Shown piece after piece: positions 31,053 through 39,851 of a stretch of DNA of 64,000 nucleotides. A program made the translations under genes and the position numbers. Position 1 is the stretch's first letter; the number at the start of each line of letters is the position of its first letter. Under the pieces are notes generated by a model. It saw only the letters and a program-made list of their open reading frames with translations, was not told the origin of the DNA and ran no database searches. This stretch comes from a virus. The DNA is taken from IMG/VR virus record IMGVR_UViG_3300042559_000515, positions 19,631-83,630 of that record. The stretch is one strand, 5' to 3'.

Positions 31053-31243
31053 TGGAAACACAAGTCAGCAAGCAATCACTGGACACCATCGTTGATGCTC
31101 TGTTCCTCTACATGAAGTGGAACGAGGGATTCTCAAAGGTGGCTATCACACAGAACGACTACGAAGCATCAGCACGACACATCATCAACGCAAACAACGC
31201 AGAGCGAGCAATCGCAGAACTCAAACAACAAGGAGACAAATAA
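31052..31243 (+). CDS. early hypothetical protein
   Basis: TAATG coupling at both ends. Confidence 0.6.
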   Translation: METQVSKQSLDTIVDALFLYMKWNEGFSKVAITQNDYEASARHIINANNAERAIAELKQQGDK

Positions 31244-31416
31244 TGAACCCTGAGAAATACCATTGGTTCGCAGAAGACGGTTCCTATGGCAGTGGTGTCA
31301 CCCTCGTGGTGGACACCAGCAACTGGACGGATGAAGACTGGCGAGACATTGAAGACACATCAGACAGCGAGCGCTCCACAGTGGCGCTTGAGATAACCAA
31401 GAAGAGAAAGGGGTAG
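31243..31416 (+). CDS. early hypothetical protein
   Basis: AAGGAG RBS; MNPEKYHWFAEDGSYG. Confidence 0.6.
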   Translation: MNPEKYHWFAEDGSYGSGVTLVVDTSNWTDEDWRDIEDTSDSERSTVALEITKKRKG

Positions 31417-31419
31417 GTC

Positions 31420-31653
31420 ATGCCCACCACATCACCAGCGACTTACTACAAGGAATCCATCAGCAATGCGTTTGGCTCCCTCGTAGGCAAAACAGTATTG
31501 CGAGTGCGTCCGTTCGTACCGAGCGAGTATGAGATGTTTGGGTGGTCAGAAGGTCACGCATTCCTCATTGAGTTTGACGACAACACCTTGCTCATTCCCG
31601 TATCAGATGAAGAGTGCAACAGCGCAGGCTGGCTGTACATTGACGAACTCTAA
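31420..31653 (+). CDS. early hypothetical protein
   Basis: LVGKTV..GW..DEECNSAG. Confidence 0.65.
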   Translation: MPTTSPATYYKESISNAFGSLVGKTVLRVRPFVPSEYEMFGWSEGHAFLIEFDDNTLLIPVSDEECNSAGWLYIDEL

Positions 31654-31670
31654 AAGAAAGAACAACAAAT

Positions 31671-32219
31671 ATGAACACCAATCTTTGCAGTAACTGCAAG
31701 ACCGAACTCAACGAAGATTCCATGCGCTGGTCAAGCGTCCTCAGCGGAGAAATCTGTGAGGGTTGCTTTGACGAAGACATGACTTACCCAGCGACCATCC
31801 GTATCGTTAACCCGAACGGTGATGTGGAGACCTACCTTGTCGGTGACCTCAACATCATTACCGAGTACGGAGACGATACAGACCTCCCTGCCAAGCGTCA
31901 GTGGGTCAGCACCGATGGCTGGCGTGGCTATAACAAGACAGAGATTGATGGCTGGGTAGCAGTACTCACTGGATGGACAACGGGTGGCTATGACGACCCC
32001 ATCGCTCGTAGGAAGCGCCTGTTCAACAACTTTGCTGAGTACCTGCTAACCAATGACATCTACCCACCATGTCAGGTTGCCTTGATTACCGACACCACAT
32101 CCAACCTGTTTTCAACCGCAGTGACCGTTCAGGTTCTTGCAAAGGATGAGGACACATTCAACAACTGGCTGAACTCAACCGAGTACCCAGCCGAAGAACT
32201 ATCACACTCATTGTCTTAG
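31671..32219 (+). CDS. early hypothetical protein with zinc finger
   Basis: CSNC..CEGC; WVSTDGWRGY. Confidence 0.7.
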   Translation: MNTNLCSNCKTELNEDSMRWSSVLSGEICEGCFDEDMTYPATIRIVNPNGDVETYLVGDLNIITEYGDDTDLPAKRQWVSTDGWRGYNKTEIDGWVAVLTGWTTGGYDDPIARRKRLFNNFAEYLLTNDIYPPCQVALITDTTSNLFSTAVTVQVLAKDEDTFNNWLNSTEYPAEELSHSLS

Positions 32220-32231
32220 AAAGGAGACACC

Positions 32232-32483
32232 ATGACCACCATTATCCGTAACTATCAGAAAGATGAACTCATCTCTGATGCACAGGACATCTACACCAAC
32301 TACACCTTTGAGGAACTTGATGGTGCGGTGTTCTTGACCAGTTGTGACATCACAGGCGCTGAGATTTACCACCTGACCAACGACAAGGTTGCTTGGATTC
32401 AATCCATTGACCTTGACTGGGTCGCTCCGTATGACGAGCGTGTCCTTCGCACGACATCATTAGACACTGTGGAGGTCAAGTAG
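32232..32483 (+). CDS. early hypothetical protein
   Basis: AAGGAG RBS. Confidence 0.65.
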   Translation: MTTIIRNYQKDELISDAQDIYTNYTFEELDGAVFLTSCDITGAEIYHLTNDKVAWIQSIDLDWVAPYDERVLRTTSLDTVEVK

Positions 32484-32485
32484 CC

Positions 32486-32728
32486 ATGGCAACATTCAAG
32501 TTCAAAGTTCAGTGGGACATAGAGGTAGACATAGACGCCATTGATGAAGACGAGGCATACGAAATCATCTATGGCGATGTCCTCCTTGATGCCTACGGCA
32601 GGGGCAAAGGCTCCCTCAGTGTTGACCTCGTAGAAGACATTGAAAAAAGTGAATGGGGTTTGTTTGATACCGACCCCGAAGAAGAACCAATTACCTACCT
32701 CGCTCTTAATGACGAGGATTACCTCTAA
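32486..32728 (+). CDS. early acidic hypothetical protein
   Basis: GGAGG RBS. Confidence 0.65.
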   Translation: MATFKFKVQWDIEVDIDAIDEDEAYEIIYGDVLLDAYGRGKGSLSVDLVEDIEKSEWGLFDTDPEEEPITYLALNDEDYL

Positions 32729-32738
32729 GGAGAACCCA

Positions 32739-32972
32739 ATGATTAACCAACTACCGTTCTGGTGCCGTTCATGCGAAGCGGACTTCAACAACTTTGATGA
32801 GCAGGGAGTGTGTGGCAAGTGTGACACACCAAATGTTCTTGAGCGCCACAACATCACAGTGACCATTCCAGTAGACGCCTTCTCACTGCTTGACGCTCAA
32901 GCAAATGTAGAGGCTCTCATCAAGCAATTAATCAAACAGCAAATCGTCTCTCCAGAGACAACAGTGTTCTAA
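32739..32972 (+). CDS. small zinc-ribbon protein
   Basis: TAAGGAG RBS; CRSC..CGKC. Confidence 0.6.
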   Translation: MINQLPFWCRSCEADFNNFDEQGVCGKCDTPNVLERHNITVTIPVDAFSLLDAQANVEALIKQLIKQQIVSPETTVF

Positions 32973-32985
32973 GGAGGACATCAAC

Positions 32986-33270
32986 ATGGGATACCAAACA
33001 GCACTCGGCATTGCCGAGACCGACATCAGCCTCAGCCAGCAAGTGTCATGGCACTTCAGTAGCAACTGCTACCCACCAGTGCCACAGTTGATGGTGCCAG
33101 TGGCAGTAGAAGCCATTGAGAAAGTTCTCTACGAAGACGGCGGTGAATTACTTCAACTGCCCGAAGGTGTGTCCTTCCGTGGTGACACTGAGGTCAATGC
33201 ATACACCATCGTGGAGAACCTCCACCTGTGGGCATTCGTACACGACAACCTTGAAGGAGAGGACGAGTAA
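32986..33270 (+). CDS. conserved actinophage hypothetical protein
   Basis: WHFSSNCYPPVP..LPEGV..IVENLHL. Confidence 0.7.
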   Translation: MGYQTALGIAETDISLSQQVSWHFSSNCYPPVPQLMVPVAVEAIEKVLYEDGGELLQLPEGVSFRGDTEVNAYTIVENLHLWAFVHDNLEGEDE

Positions 33271-33491
33271 TGGCTGAACAAATAAATACATCCATTGTCA
33301 TTCATCACCGAGGATTCCTCCTCGGCTACAGCGTGTCCGTGACGCTTTGGGTAGAAGGTGAGTTTGAGCCACTGGTGGACAACCGACAGTGGACATTCAC
33401 CAAGCGCAAGGCTCGCAGTATCGCACAAAAGAATGTCATGGCGATAGAAGCCATCAAAAAACTACAGGAGGCAATGCGTGCAGGTATCTAA
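33270..33491 (+). CDS. hypothetical protein
   Basis: TAATG coupling. Confidence 0.6.
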   Translation: MAEQINTSIVIHHRGFLLGYSVSVTLWVEGEFEPLVDNRQWTFTKRKARSIAQKNVMAIEAIKKLQEAMRAGI

Positions 33492-33669
33492 CTACCAACG
33501 ATTCCGAAACCGTGTGCTGTACCCCATCGCAAGCATCTTTTTTGTGGTGGCTCTGTACATCTCATGGTTCAAGTCCATCTACCTTTACGGACAGCCCATC
33601 ACGCTGTTAGTAGTCATGACTCTCGTTGGGTTCGGGTTTGCAATCGCAAACTTTAAACCCAAACGCTAA
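33478..33669 (+). CDS. small two-TM membrane protein
   Basis: GGAGG RBS; two hydrophobic helices. Confidence 0.6.
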   Translation: MQVSNYQRFRNRVLYPIASIFFVVALYISWFKSIYLYGQPITLLVVMTLVGFGFAIANFKPKR

Positions 33670-33670
33670 G

Positions 33671-33699
33671 TTGTCATCAACCAATCACGCCGATAAATT
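33671..33699 (+). promoter_or_regulatory. sigma-A-type promoter
   Basis: TTGTCA-N17-TAAATT in the intergenic gap. Confidence 0.55.
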
Positions 33700-33751
33700 A
33701 GTCGGTGTGGTACCACCCACAACAAAAACCAAACACAGAAAGTAACTAACC

Positions 33752-34777
33752 ATGTCACGAGAAACTTACGAATGGCTCAACACCAACATCCTTGTCGGAT
33801 TCAGCGAACAGCGAGGTAATGCATGGCATTACAAGGAGTCAGCACAAGGCACCGAACCCAACCACTACACGGGAGCAGTTCCTGTGGATGATGTCCTCCG
33901 CCGTCTCTTCAACTGGACAGCAGTTGAGGCTGAGTCCTGTGTCCGTGTCCCAAATGGTGACGGAACATTCCGCCTCATCACTGACCCGACCCGAAAGGCA
34001 ATCGTCCATTCCGATAACGACACCGTCTTTGCGGTGTTCAAGAACTCTTACCAAGTTCACCAGTACAAGAAGTGGCTCCTTGACACCGTTGCGAATCTTG
34101 TTGACGACAACGACCTCGCCATCGGCGGTGCTGGTCTCCTCCGTCAAGGTGCCAAGGCATATGTTCAGGTGGAATTGCCTGAGACGATTAAGACGCCATC
34201 AGGCTTTGACATTCGTCCTCACCTCCTCGCCTGCACATCACATGACGGCACCCTGTCATCAACCTTCCAGTTGGTATCCACTGTGGTCGTGTGTGACAAC
34301 ACGCTCGCTGGTGCCTTGAGTGAGAAGACAGCCAAGCACAAGGTGCGCCACAGCAAGCACTCCATCGGCAAGTTGCAGACAGTCCGTGACGCTCTCGGAA
34401 TCATCCATGAGTACACAGATGACCTCATGCTTGAACTGGAGCGCCTGTCCACTCAGAAGGTCTCTGACCGTGAGTTCAATGCAATCATTGAGCACCTCGT
34501 GCCACTATCAACAGACTTGGACATCCGTCCTCAGGTCAAGGCTCGTGTGGAGAACAAGCAGGAACTCCTGCGCCACATGTACACCAATGACCCGATGGTC
34601 TCTCCATGGAAGGGCACTGCGCTCGGAGTACTTCAGATGTGGAACACCTACCAGCACCACTTCGCTGGTGCAGACGGTTCCCGTATTGAGCGCAACATGC
34701 TCAACGGCATCACTGGTAAGACCAGCGACCAAGACAAGTTCGTCTTGAACGCCATTGACAACTTGGTGCTCGCCTAA
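33752..34777 (+). CDS. DUF932 / phage-plasmid TIGR03299-family protein
   Basis: AGLLRQG..LLACTSHDGT..VVCDNTL..HS..GTALG motifs. Confidence 0.85.
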   Translation: MSRETYEWLNTNILVGFSEQRGNAWHYKESAQGTEPNHYTGAVPVDDVLRRLFNWTAVEAESCVRVPNGDGTFRLITDPTRKAIVHSDNDTVFAVFKNSYQVHQYKKWLLDTVANLVDDNDLAIGGAGLLRQGAKAYVQVELPETIKTPSGFDIRPHLLACTSHDGTLSSTFQLVSTVVVCDNTLAGALSEKTAKHKVRHSKHSIGKLQTVRDALGIIHEYTDDLMLELERLSTQKVSDREFNAIIEHLVPLSTDLDIRPQVKARVENKQELLRHMYTNDPMVSPWKGTALGVLQMWNTYQHHFAGADGSRIERNMLNGITGKTSDQDKFVLNAIDNLVLA

Positions 34778-35154
34778 TGGCAACGGAGGTAGAAGTGGGG
34801 GGCGTCAAGCCCCCCTCTTCTCGTTACATCCGCTTGACGGACTACGACACAGGTAACTTCGTTGACCTACCTAGCCTCAAGTTTGAGGACGATGGTCTGT
34901 GGAGGGACAAGGCATACTGCAAGGGTCAGACATACATGACCCCTGTGTTCTTCACCGAGAATGCACAGCGCAACAACACACGGGCAATGATGATTGAGAA
35001 AGCACAATCATTCTGTAATAAGTGTGAGGTGCGCAAGGAGTGTTACAACTTCGCACGGAAAAATGACTTCAGGCATGGTGTGTGGGGTGGTGTGGACTTC
35101 TTCGTATCCAGCGAATCACCACGCCGTATCCCTCTTCCCGACAGCATTGATTAA
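34777..35154 (+). CDS. whiB: WhiB-family transcription factor
   Basis: W..AYC..FF..A..FCNKCEVRKEC..A..GVWGG. Confidence 0.85.
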   Translation: MATEVEVGGVKPPSSRYIRLTDYDTGNFVDLPSLKFEDDGLWRDKAYCKGQTYMTPVFFTENAQRNNTRAMMIEKAQSFCNKCEVRKECYNFARKNDFRHGVWGGVDFFVSSESPRRIPLPDSID

Positions 35155-35166
35155 AGAAAGACATTT

Positions 35167-35508
35167 ATGAAATTGAATATCAGCGAATTATTGGAGTCAA
35201 CCTACTCAACAGAGCATCCTGAACTACTGGCGATGTATCACATTGACATTGAAGAAGAGGGGGAGGACGGCTCATGGCATGGGAAACTATGGTGGGACAT
35301 GGAAGGTCAAGAGCGTACAATTCCATTCCTTGCAGTTAGTAACGCAAATGATGGTGGCAAGAACAAGTACACACCAATCACGGGTGTTGCAGATAAGAAA
35401 GCATTCTTTGAAGCATCACAAAAAGCATTCCCACAGTCTGCGGAGCCAGCAGACACGGCATGTGTTTATCTAGAACTGCGTCAGGCAGTACTGGACGAAA
35501 TGGAATAA
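35167..35508 (+). CDS. hypothetical protein
   Basis: 113-aa ORF; last gene of the plus-strand operon. Confidence 0.65.
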   Translation: MKLNISELLESTYSTEHPELLAMYHIDIEEEGEDGSWHGKLWWDMEGQERTIPFLAVSNANDGGKNKYTPITGVADKKAFFEASQKAFPQSAEPADTACVYLELRQAVLDEME

Positions 35509-35513
35509 CAGCA

Positions 35514-35597
35514 GTGGTGGTCACGCCAGCAGAAGGTGACCGTAAATAAGGGGAATCGTAATCCCCGTGCGCAGTGATTAACGGGTGCGCTTACCAC
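35514..35597 (+). ncRNA. small four-way-junction (cloverleaf-like) RNA
   Basis: Closing stem GTGGT/ACCAC with three arms: GGTCAC/GTGACC, GGGGA/TCCCC, GCGCA/TGCGC. Confidence 0.5.
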
Positions 35598-35600
35598 AAG

Positions 35601-35640
35601 GAAAGACCCTCACCTTAATCGGTGGGGGTCTTTTCCTTTT
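35601..35640 (+). terminator. intrinsic terminator between convergent units
   Basis: AAAGACCCTCACC-TTAATC-GGTGGGGGTCTTTTCCTTTT. Confidence 0.8.
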
Positions 35641-35773
35641 CCTTTTCCTCAACCAACGGAAGAGAAACCACTCTGTTGGCTTTCTTTGGACACTTGTGTG
35701 TCGGTGGGATTGCCAACTTGATACTGGTACTCATTGAGACATTGCACGATGGGCACTGATACTTCTCAGTCAT
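35615..35773 (-). CDS. small zinc-binding protein (not in ORF track)
   Basis: MTEKYQCPSCNVSM..PPTHKCPKK; overlaps the stop of the upstream gene. Confidence 0.5.
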   Translation of the reverse strand: MTEKYQCPSCNVSMSTSIKLAIPPTHKCPKKANRVVSLPLVEEKEKEKTPTD

Positions 35774-35978
35774 TATTGATTACCTTCCATGGACGCCACT
35801 TAGCAAGAAACTCCATGACCTCTGTCCTGTCCCACAGTGGTGTTGATGCCAACTGCACGAATGGTTCAGGGAACTCAGCCATCTGACGGAGTGAGTGAAT
35901 CCGTTGCTTGGACACGCCAAGAACCTCAGCGACCTCAGAGGTGCCGAGAATATCTTCAACGGGTAGACACTTACTCAT
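35766..35978 (-). CDS. AlpA/excisionase-like HTH DNA-binding protein
   Basis: LGTSEVAEVLGVSKQRIHSL..FPEP..LW..EV; TACTAT-N6-ATG. Confidence 0.8.
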   Translation of the reverse strand: MSKCLPVEDILGTSEVAEVLGVSKQRIHSLRQMAEFPEPFVQLASTPLWDRTEVMEFLAKWRPWKVINND

Positions 35979-36018
35979 GACTCCATAGTACCTTTCTTGT
36001 AGACCGCTTTGTCTAGGA

Positions 36019-36582
36019 CTAAGGGCGAGTCTTCTTCCACTCCGCCATACCAGCCTCGGTGTAGCGGTCACGGAGTGGTTTGCGTGTCTTCCAGTTAATG
36101 CAGTTCTTGCCCCAGTTCTTTGAACTGCGCCAGCCGATTGCTGGTCGGAAGAAAGGCTTGTTGTTCAACTTGTCATCAAGTGTTCTGAACACATTCTTGG
36201 TCTGAAATCCGAAGAACGAGATTCTGTTGGCAACGATAATTTGCTCTTCTTTGGTTGCGTTCTTTGGTGATGTTGCGAACTGCCATCCACCGAATCCACG
36301 CCATGCGCTTTGAGCGATACCGAGACCACCTGCGTAGTAGCCACCGTCATTCCACTTGTGGTTGGTCTCACACCATGAGACTGCTTCCCAGAAGCGGACT
36401 GAGCCTGCCTTTTTAGTTTTGAGTTGTGCCTGTAGTTCAGGATGCATCATGTTGATGCTTTGCGCTTGGACTGTTGTAGCCACAGTGGTTGTAGTCGTCA
36501 CCTCCACTTCTTGTGCCGATGCTCCATGCATCCCTAATGGAAATGAAAGTGTGGCGACTAAGCCAATGCGTGCTAACAGCAA
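36019..36582 (-). CDS. secreted resuscitation-promoting-factor-like lytic transglycosylase
   Basis: Signal peptide (..GASA); WEAVSWCET..W..YYAGGLGI.QSAWRGFGG..ATKEEQIIVANRI matches the Rpf core with catalytic Glu. TTG start after AAGGAG. Confidence 0.85.
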   Translation of the reverse strand: MLLARIGLVATLSFPLGMHGASAQEVEVTTTTTVATTVQAQSINMMHPELQAQLKTKKAGSVRFWEAVSWCETNHKWNDGGYYAGGLGIAQSAWRGFGGWQFATSPKNATKEEQIIVANRISFFGFQTKNVFRTLDDKLNNKPFFRPAIGWRSSKNWGKNCINWKTRKPLRDRYTEAGMAEWKKTRP

Positions 36583-36690
36583 GGTGTACTCCTTTGTAGG
36601 CGGATAAAGCACGAAACCCATACCAAGAGAGACACGAGTGTCTCAGGGGGTGACCTTGGTATGGGCTTCTGTATCTACTATACAGGGTAG

Positions 36691-37098
36691 TTACTCCAAC
36701 AACCCATACCTAACTGTTGATATGTCAATCACTGTTTCATTCATGTACGGAATAACACTCATGTTCACATTCACATTCTCCGTACTATCTTTGTGAGCGC
36801 TAGAACAAAGTTCGCAGTCACAGCCCTGTCGGTAACGGAGCCATGACCCGTGTGGCTTCAGAAGGGACTGCTTGCCATCCTTCATGGGCTGTCGCTCCTT
36901 AGGTGTGAGACCGCCCCACATGCCCCACTTCTCGTTTATGCCATCGTTGAGGCACTCTTTCCACAGAGGGCAACAACGGCACACTTCTCTCGCAATGGAG
37001 TAGTACTGCTCTGGTGCGTCCGCCTCCATGGGTGGATACCAAAACACATTGTTCCTCTTATGGCAGAGGGCTTCTAATCGCCAGTCTTCATCAATCAT
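36691..37098 (-). CDS. whiB: WhiB-family factor with extra C-terminal Cys/His motif
   Basis: WRLEALC..AREVCRCCPLWKECL..GMWGGLTPKER, then HG..Y..GCDCELC. Confidence 0.88.
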   Translation of the reverse strand: MIDEDWRLEALCHKRNNVFWYPPMEADAPEQYYSIAREVCRCCPLWKECLNDGINEKWGMWGGLTPKERQPMKDGKQSLLKPHGSWLRYRQGCDCELCSSAHKDSTENVNVNMSVIPYMNETVIDISTVRYGLLE

Positions 37099-37147
37099 TA
37101 ATTAATCCATGTTGTGTTTCGTACACTAGAAAGGTAGGTTTATTCCT

Positions 37148-37516
37148 ATGACAACCAATACAAATACCCAGTCCCTGTCCACCCTCGTTGAAGAGCGAAT
37201 CCGACTCAAGGCTGAGTTGGACAATCTCACTCAGCGTCTCAAAGACTTTGACGAACTCGTCATCGCTGAACTCCAAAGCCAAAATCTCACGAAGTTTGAG
37301 ACCGCCGTTGGCAAGGTCAATCTCGTCCAGAGCAACACTGTTGTTTGGAATGACGAGGTTCTCAAGGAACTTCTCAAGCCAGTTCAGTGGAAGCGAATCG
37401 TCATTGAGAAGGTTGACAAGTCCCGTCTTGACGCCGAACTCGTGGTCGGTCGTATTGACGAGAGCCTCGTTGAAGTGGCTCGCTCCATCAAGCAGTCCAA
37501 GCCGTTCTTGCGCTAA
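37148..37516 (+). CDS. coiled-coil phage protein (Gp157/Gam-like)
   Basis: N-terminal coiled coil, FETAVGKV, KVDKSRL; lone plus-strand gene. Confidence 0.55.
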   Translation: MTTNTNTQSLSTLVEERIRLKAELDNLTQRLKDFDELVIAELQSQNLTKFETAVGKVNLVQSNTVVWNDEVLKELLKPVQWKRIVIEKVDKSRLDAELVVGRIDESLVEVARSIKQSKPFLR

Positions 37517-37518
37517 CA

Positions 37519-37863
37519 CTAAATCCACTGCTCGTCAGGACGCTGGCTCTCTAGGGGGTCGGCGTCCTGCCTTTGGACACAGTCCCATCCACAACTGTCG
37601 TAGCCTGCGATGTCTGCCCAGTGGTCTTTCTTGTCAGGTGTCCATGCAATGCGTGCAATCTTGACGAGCATCATCATGACGGCAACATCGTGGGGACGAA
37701 TACTTAATTCACCTCGTGATTGCATTGTGCGTTCAAGATATGCCTGCCACAAAGAACCACACGCAGAAAAGTTATCTAGTGGGTCTCCGTAGTCGGTATT
37801 CCTACCACCATTGATGTAAGCAAGTGACTCTTCTAGAATCTCGGAACGAAAGTTCTGTTCCAT
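37519..37863 (-). CDS. DUF6378-family protein (dNTP diphosphohydrolase-like)
   Basis: R..DYGDP.DNF..LW..YL..DVAVMMMLVKIAR..DHWADIAGY. Confidence 0.85.
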   Translation of the reverse strand: MEQNFRSEILEESLAYINGGRNTDYGDPLDNFSACGSLWQAYLERTMQSRGELSIRPHDVAVMMMLVKIARIAWTPDKKDHWADIAGYDSCGWDCVQRQDADPLESQRPDEQWI

Positions 37864-37866
37864 GGA

Positions 37867-38178
37867 TTACTTGCTAAGAGCCTTTACAATCTCACGAGCC
37901 TCGTAATGGCTGACGCATTCACAGACAAAGTCGTAATCCATGGAGCCAATGCGCTTGGAGCGTGCCACCACATAGTTACCGTTAGGCATCTTAACGATGG
38001 AGTAGTCAACCTCTACGGGTGCTGGTGGTGTGTAGGAACCAATGTTCTCACCCTTGTTCTCCCAGCCATTGGGATACTTGTCAACTGCTTTTTGGTATTG
38101 CTCTTTAAAACTAGGCAACTTCTGTTGGTTCTTACTCATTTGGGTGTAGTAACCCTCAGATAGTTTTTCGTAATCCAT
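37867..38178 (-). CDS. hypothetical protein
   Basis: AAGGA RBS before ATG 38178. Confidence 0.6.
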   Translation of the reverse strand: MDYEKLSEGYYTQMSKNQQKLPSFKEQYQKAVDKYPNGWENKGENIGSYTPPAPVEVDYSIVKMPNGNYVVARSKRIGSMDYDFVCECVSHYEAREIVKALSK

Positions 38179-38229
38179 TTGATGTCCTTTCAAATTGTGG
38201 CGAATTGTAGTTTTGTGTTATGCGCCTTG

Positions 38230-39666
38230 TCAAGACTCTTCTGACAGGTCAATGATTTCTGCGTACATGGCATCGGTTGCCTCTGGACTCATCCCACCAT
38301 TGGGCAGTTGGCGAGCCTGCTCCCCTGCCTTGGCTCCGAACAAACGAGACAGGACACCGCTGGTGCCACGAGCCTCAACCTCAAACCGTAGGGTGTCTCG
38401 GCTGTCAGAGATGTTCTTCATGCGCTCCACCATGTTGAAGACTCTGTCCATTTCTGTTGACAGCGTGGTGTCAATTCCTTGACCTTCTAGTTCTTCAGCG
38501 AACCTAGCGAACATCACACGACCCACCTGCATCTCTACGAGAGCACGCATAGCGGCGTTTAATTGGTCTTTGGTACGAATCTCAATGGGCAAAGAAAACG
38601 CACACTCACTATTCTCTTGAAATTGAGGACAACGACTTGCCAAGTAACAATGATTACATTGCCTCAAAGGGTTGGCGTTGTAACGAAGAACATTGACCTG
38701 TTCTGGGTCAATTTCTATTGATTCTCCTTGGTTATCTGTGTGTTGAGTACCTATAGAAGTAACCGTCTCAACACCCATAACTGGGAGTAATCTTTTTTCG
38801 CTTTCGTGCCTCTTTTCAGGTACCTGTGGAACAATGTTTGTACCCCTCGGTGCCACAGATACCGTATTATCGGTATCCCCTGAAATCATTATGATTTGGT
38901 TGTCATCAGTGAGTGTGAACTCTTCTTCGTCATCAACATTCATAAGGTCATAGCCCCCAAAGTTTTTAGTTTCCCATGCTCTCCACGATTGGATAGCGAG
39001 GTGTGCCACAGCGTTTACTTCATCTTCAAGGACTGCGTTGTAATCCACACCAAGACGCTGAATGTCGTTGCGGTGTCTCTTGCGTGCGCTCTCTTTTTGT
39101 TGTGCTGGGTAACGGTGTAGTGCGTGTCCATCCCACACCTGAGTCTCTCCGTAACGCAGTGCGCTAGACCATGAGACGACTACAACGGACTCCCAGTTGA
39201 TGCGACCAATTACATCAGGCTTAGAGGTCATACCGATTAATTGCGTTGACCAGCGTGTAGCAATCTGCCCGATGCGTGAGATTGTCTTACCTGTGATGGC
39301 TTTGTCTGAGATAGCCACACGACCATACTTCTGACACAGCCACTGGAGACGCTCTAGGTCATCGGGGTCATTCCAAATGGGCACATACTTCTCACCCATC
39401 CATGACCCATCATAATCTGGTCGTCCAATTACATAAGTCAAATTATCTATGTGCTCACGAATAAATGAGTCATAACGAGCCAAGTCTTCATCATTCTCTG
39501 AGACATAGAGGATGATGTCATGCCCCTGATACACCGTTGCGAGGTCTAACTCTTTGCGCTTAGGAACGGCGTAATGGGTCAGGTTGATACCGAATCGGGT
39601 AACACCTGCGCTCAACAACATAGACCTGTATGAGCCTTTCTCGGCTCCTCCAAAGAATACTTTCAC
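38230..39666 (-). CDS. large hypothetical protein: degenerate TGT/DpdA-like barrel plus Cys cluster
   Basis: LIGMT..INWESVVVVSWSSALRYG resembles the H.FG.T..W.SVDS.SW..RYG motif; CNHCYLASRCP..ECAF. Confidence 0.5.
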   Translation of the reverse strand: MKVFFGGAEKGSYRSMLLSAGVTRFGINLTHYAVPKRKELDLATVYQGHDIILYVSENDEDLARYDSFIREHIDNLTYVIGRPDYDGSWMGEKYVPIWNDPDDLERLQWLCQKYGRVAISDKAITGKTISRIGQIATRWSTQLIGMTSKPDVIGRINWESVVVVSWSSALRYGETQVWDGHALHRYPAQQKESARKRHRNDIQRLGVDYNAVLEDEVNAVAHLAIQSWRAWETKNFGGYDLMNVDDEEEFTLTDDNQIIMISGDTDNTVSVAPRGTNIVPQVPEKRHESEKRLLPVMGVETVTSIGTQHTDNQGESIEIDPEQVNVLRYNANPLRQCNHCYLASRCPQFQENSECAFSLPIEIRTKDQLNAAMRALVEMQVGRVMFARFAEELEGQGIDTTLSTEMDRVFNMVERMKNISDSRDTLRFEVEARGTSGVLSRLFGAKAGEQARQLPNGGMSPEATDAMYAEIIDLSEES

Positions 39667-39845
39667 TTCTTAGGTTCCATAAACTGTCGCATACGCACCC
39701 TCATCTCAACCAACTGGTCAGACAGTTCAGATACAACTTTTACAGGTACTTCTTTGTCTTGAGCCGCTTTTCGTAAAAGGGCGTCAGCAACTAACAGAGC
39801 AGTTCGTGCTTGACTGAAATAAGACTTGGGAAGACGCTCTGCCAT
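39663..39845 (-). CDS. hypothetical protein
   Basis: GAGG RBS; overlap with the next gene. Confidence 0.6.
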   Translation of the reverse strand: MAERLPKSYFSQARTALLVADALLRKAAQDKEVPVKVVSELSDQLVEMRVRMRQFMEPKK

Positions 39846-39851
39846 AGCACC

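Noticed and set aside
35514-35597. Canonical tRNA gene
   Set aside because: No GTTC T-loop, only a 5-bp closing stem, and non-canonical arm and loop sizes; kept as an unknown structured RNA.
35766-35978. Prophage or integration module suggested by the excisionase-like HTH
   Set aside because: No integrase, repressor pair, att site or flanking host genes in the window.
36583-36690. c-di-AMP (ydaO) riboswitch upstream of rpf
   Set aside because: The conserved GCTGAAT/GGAAC elements are not seen and the leader is too short.
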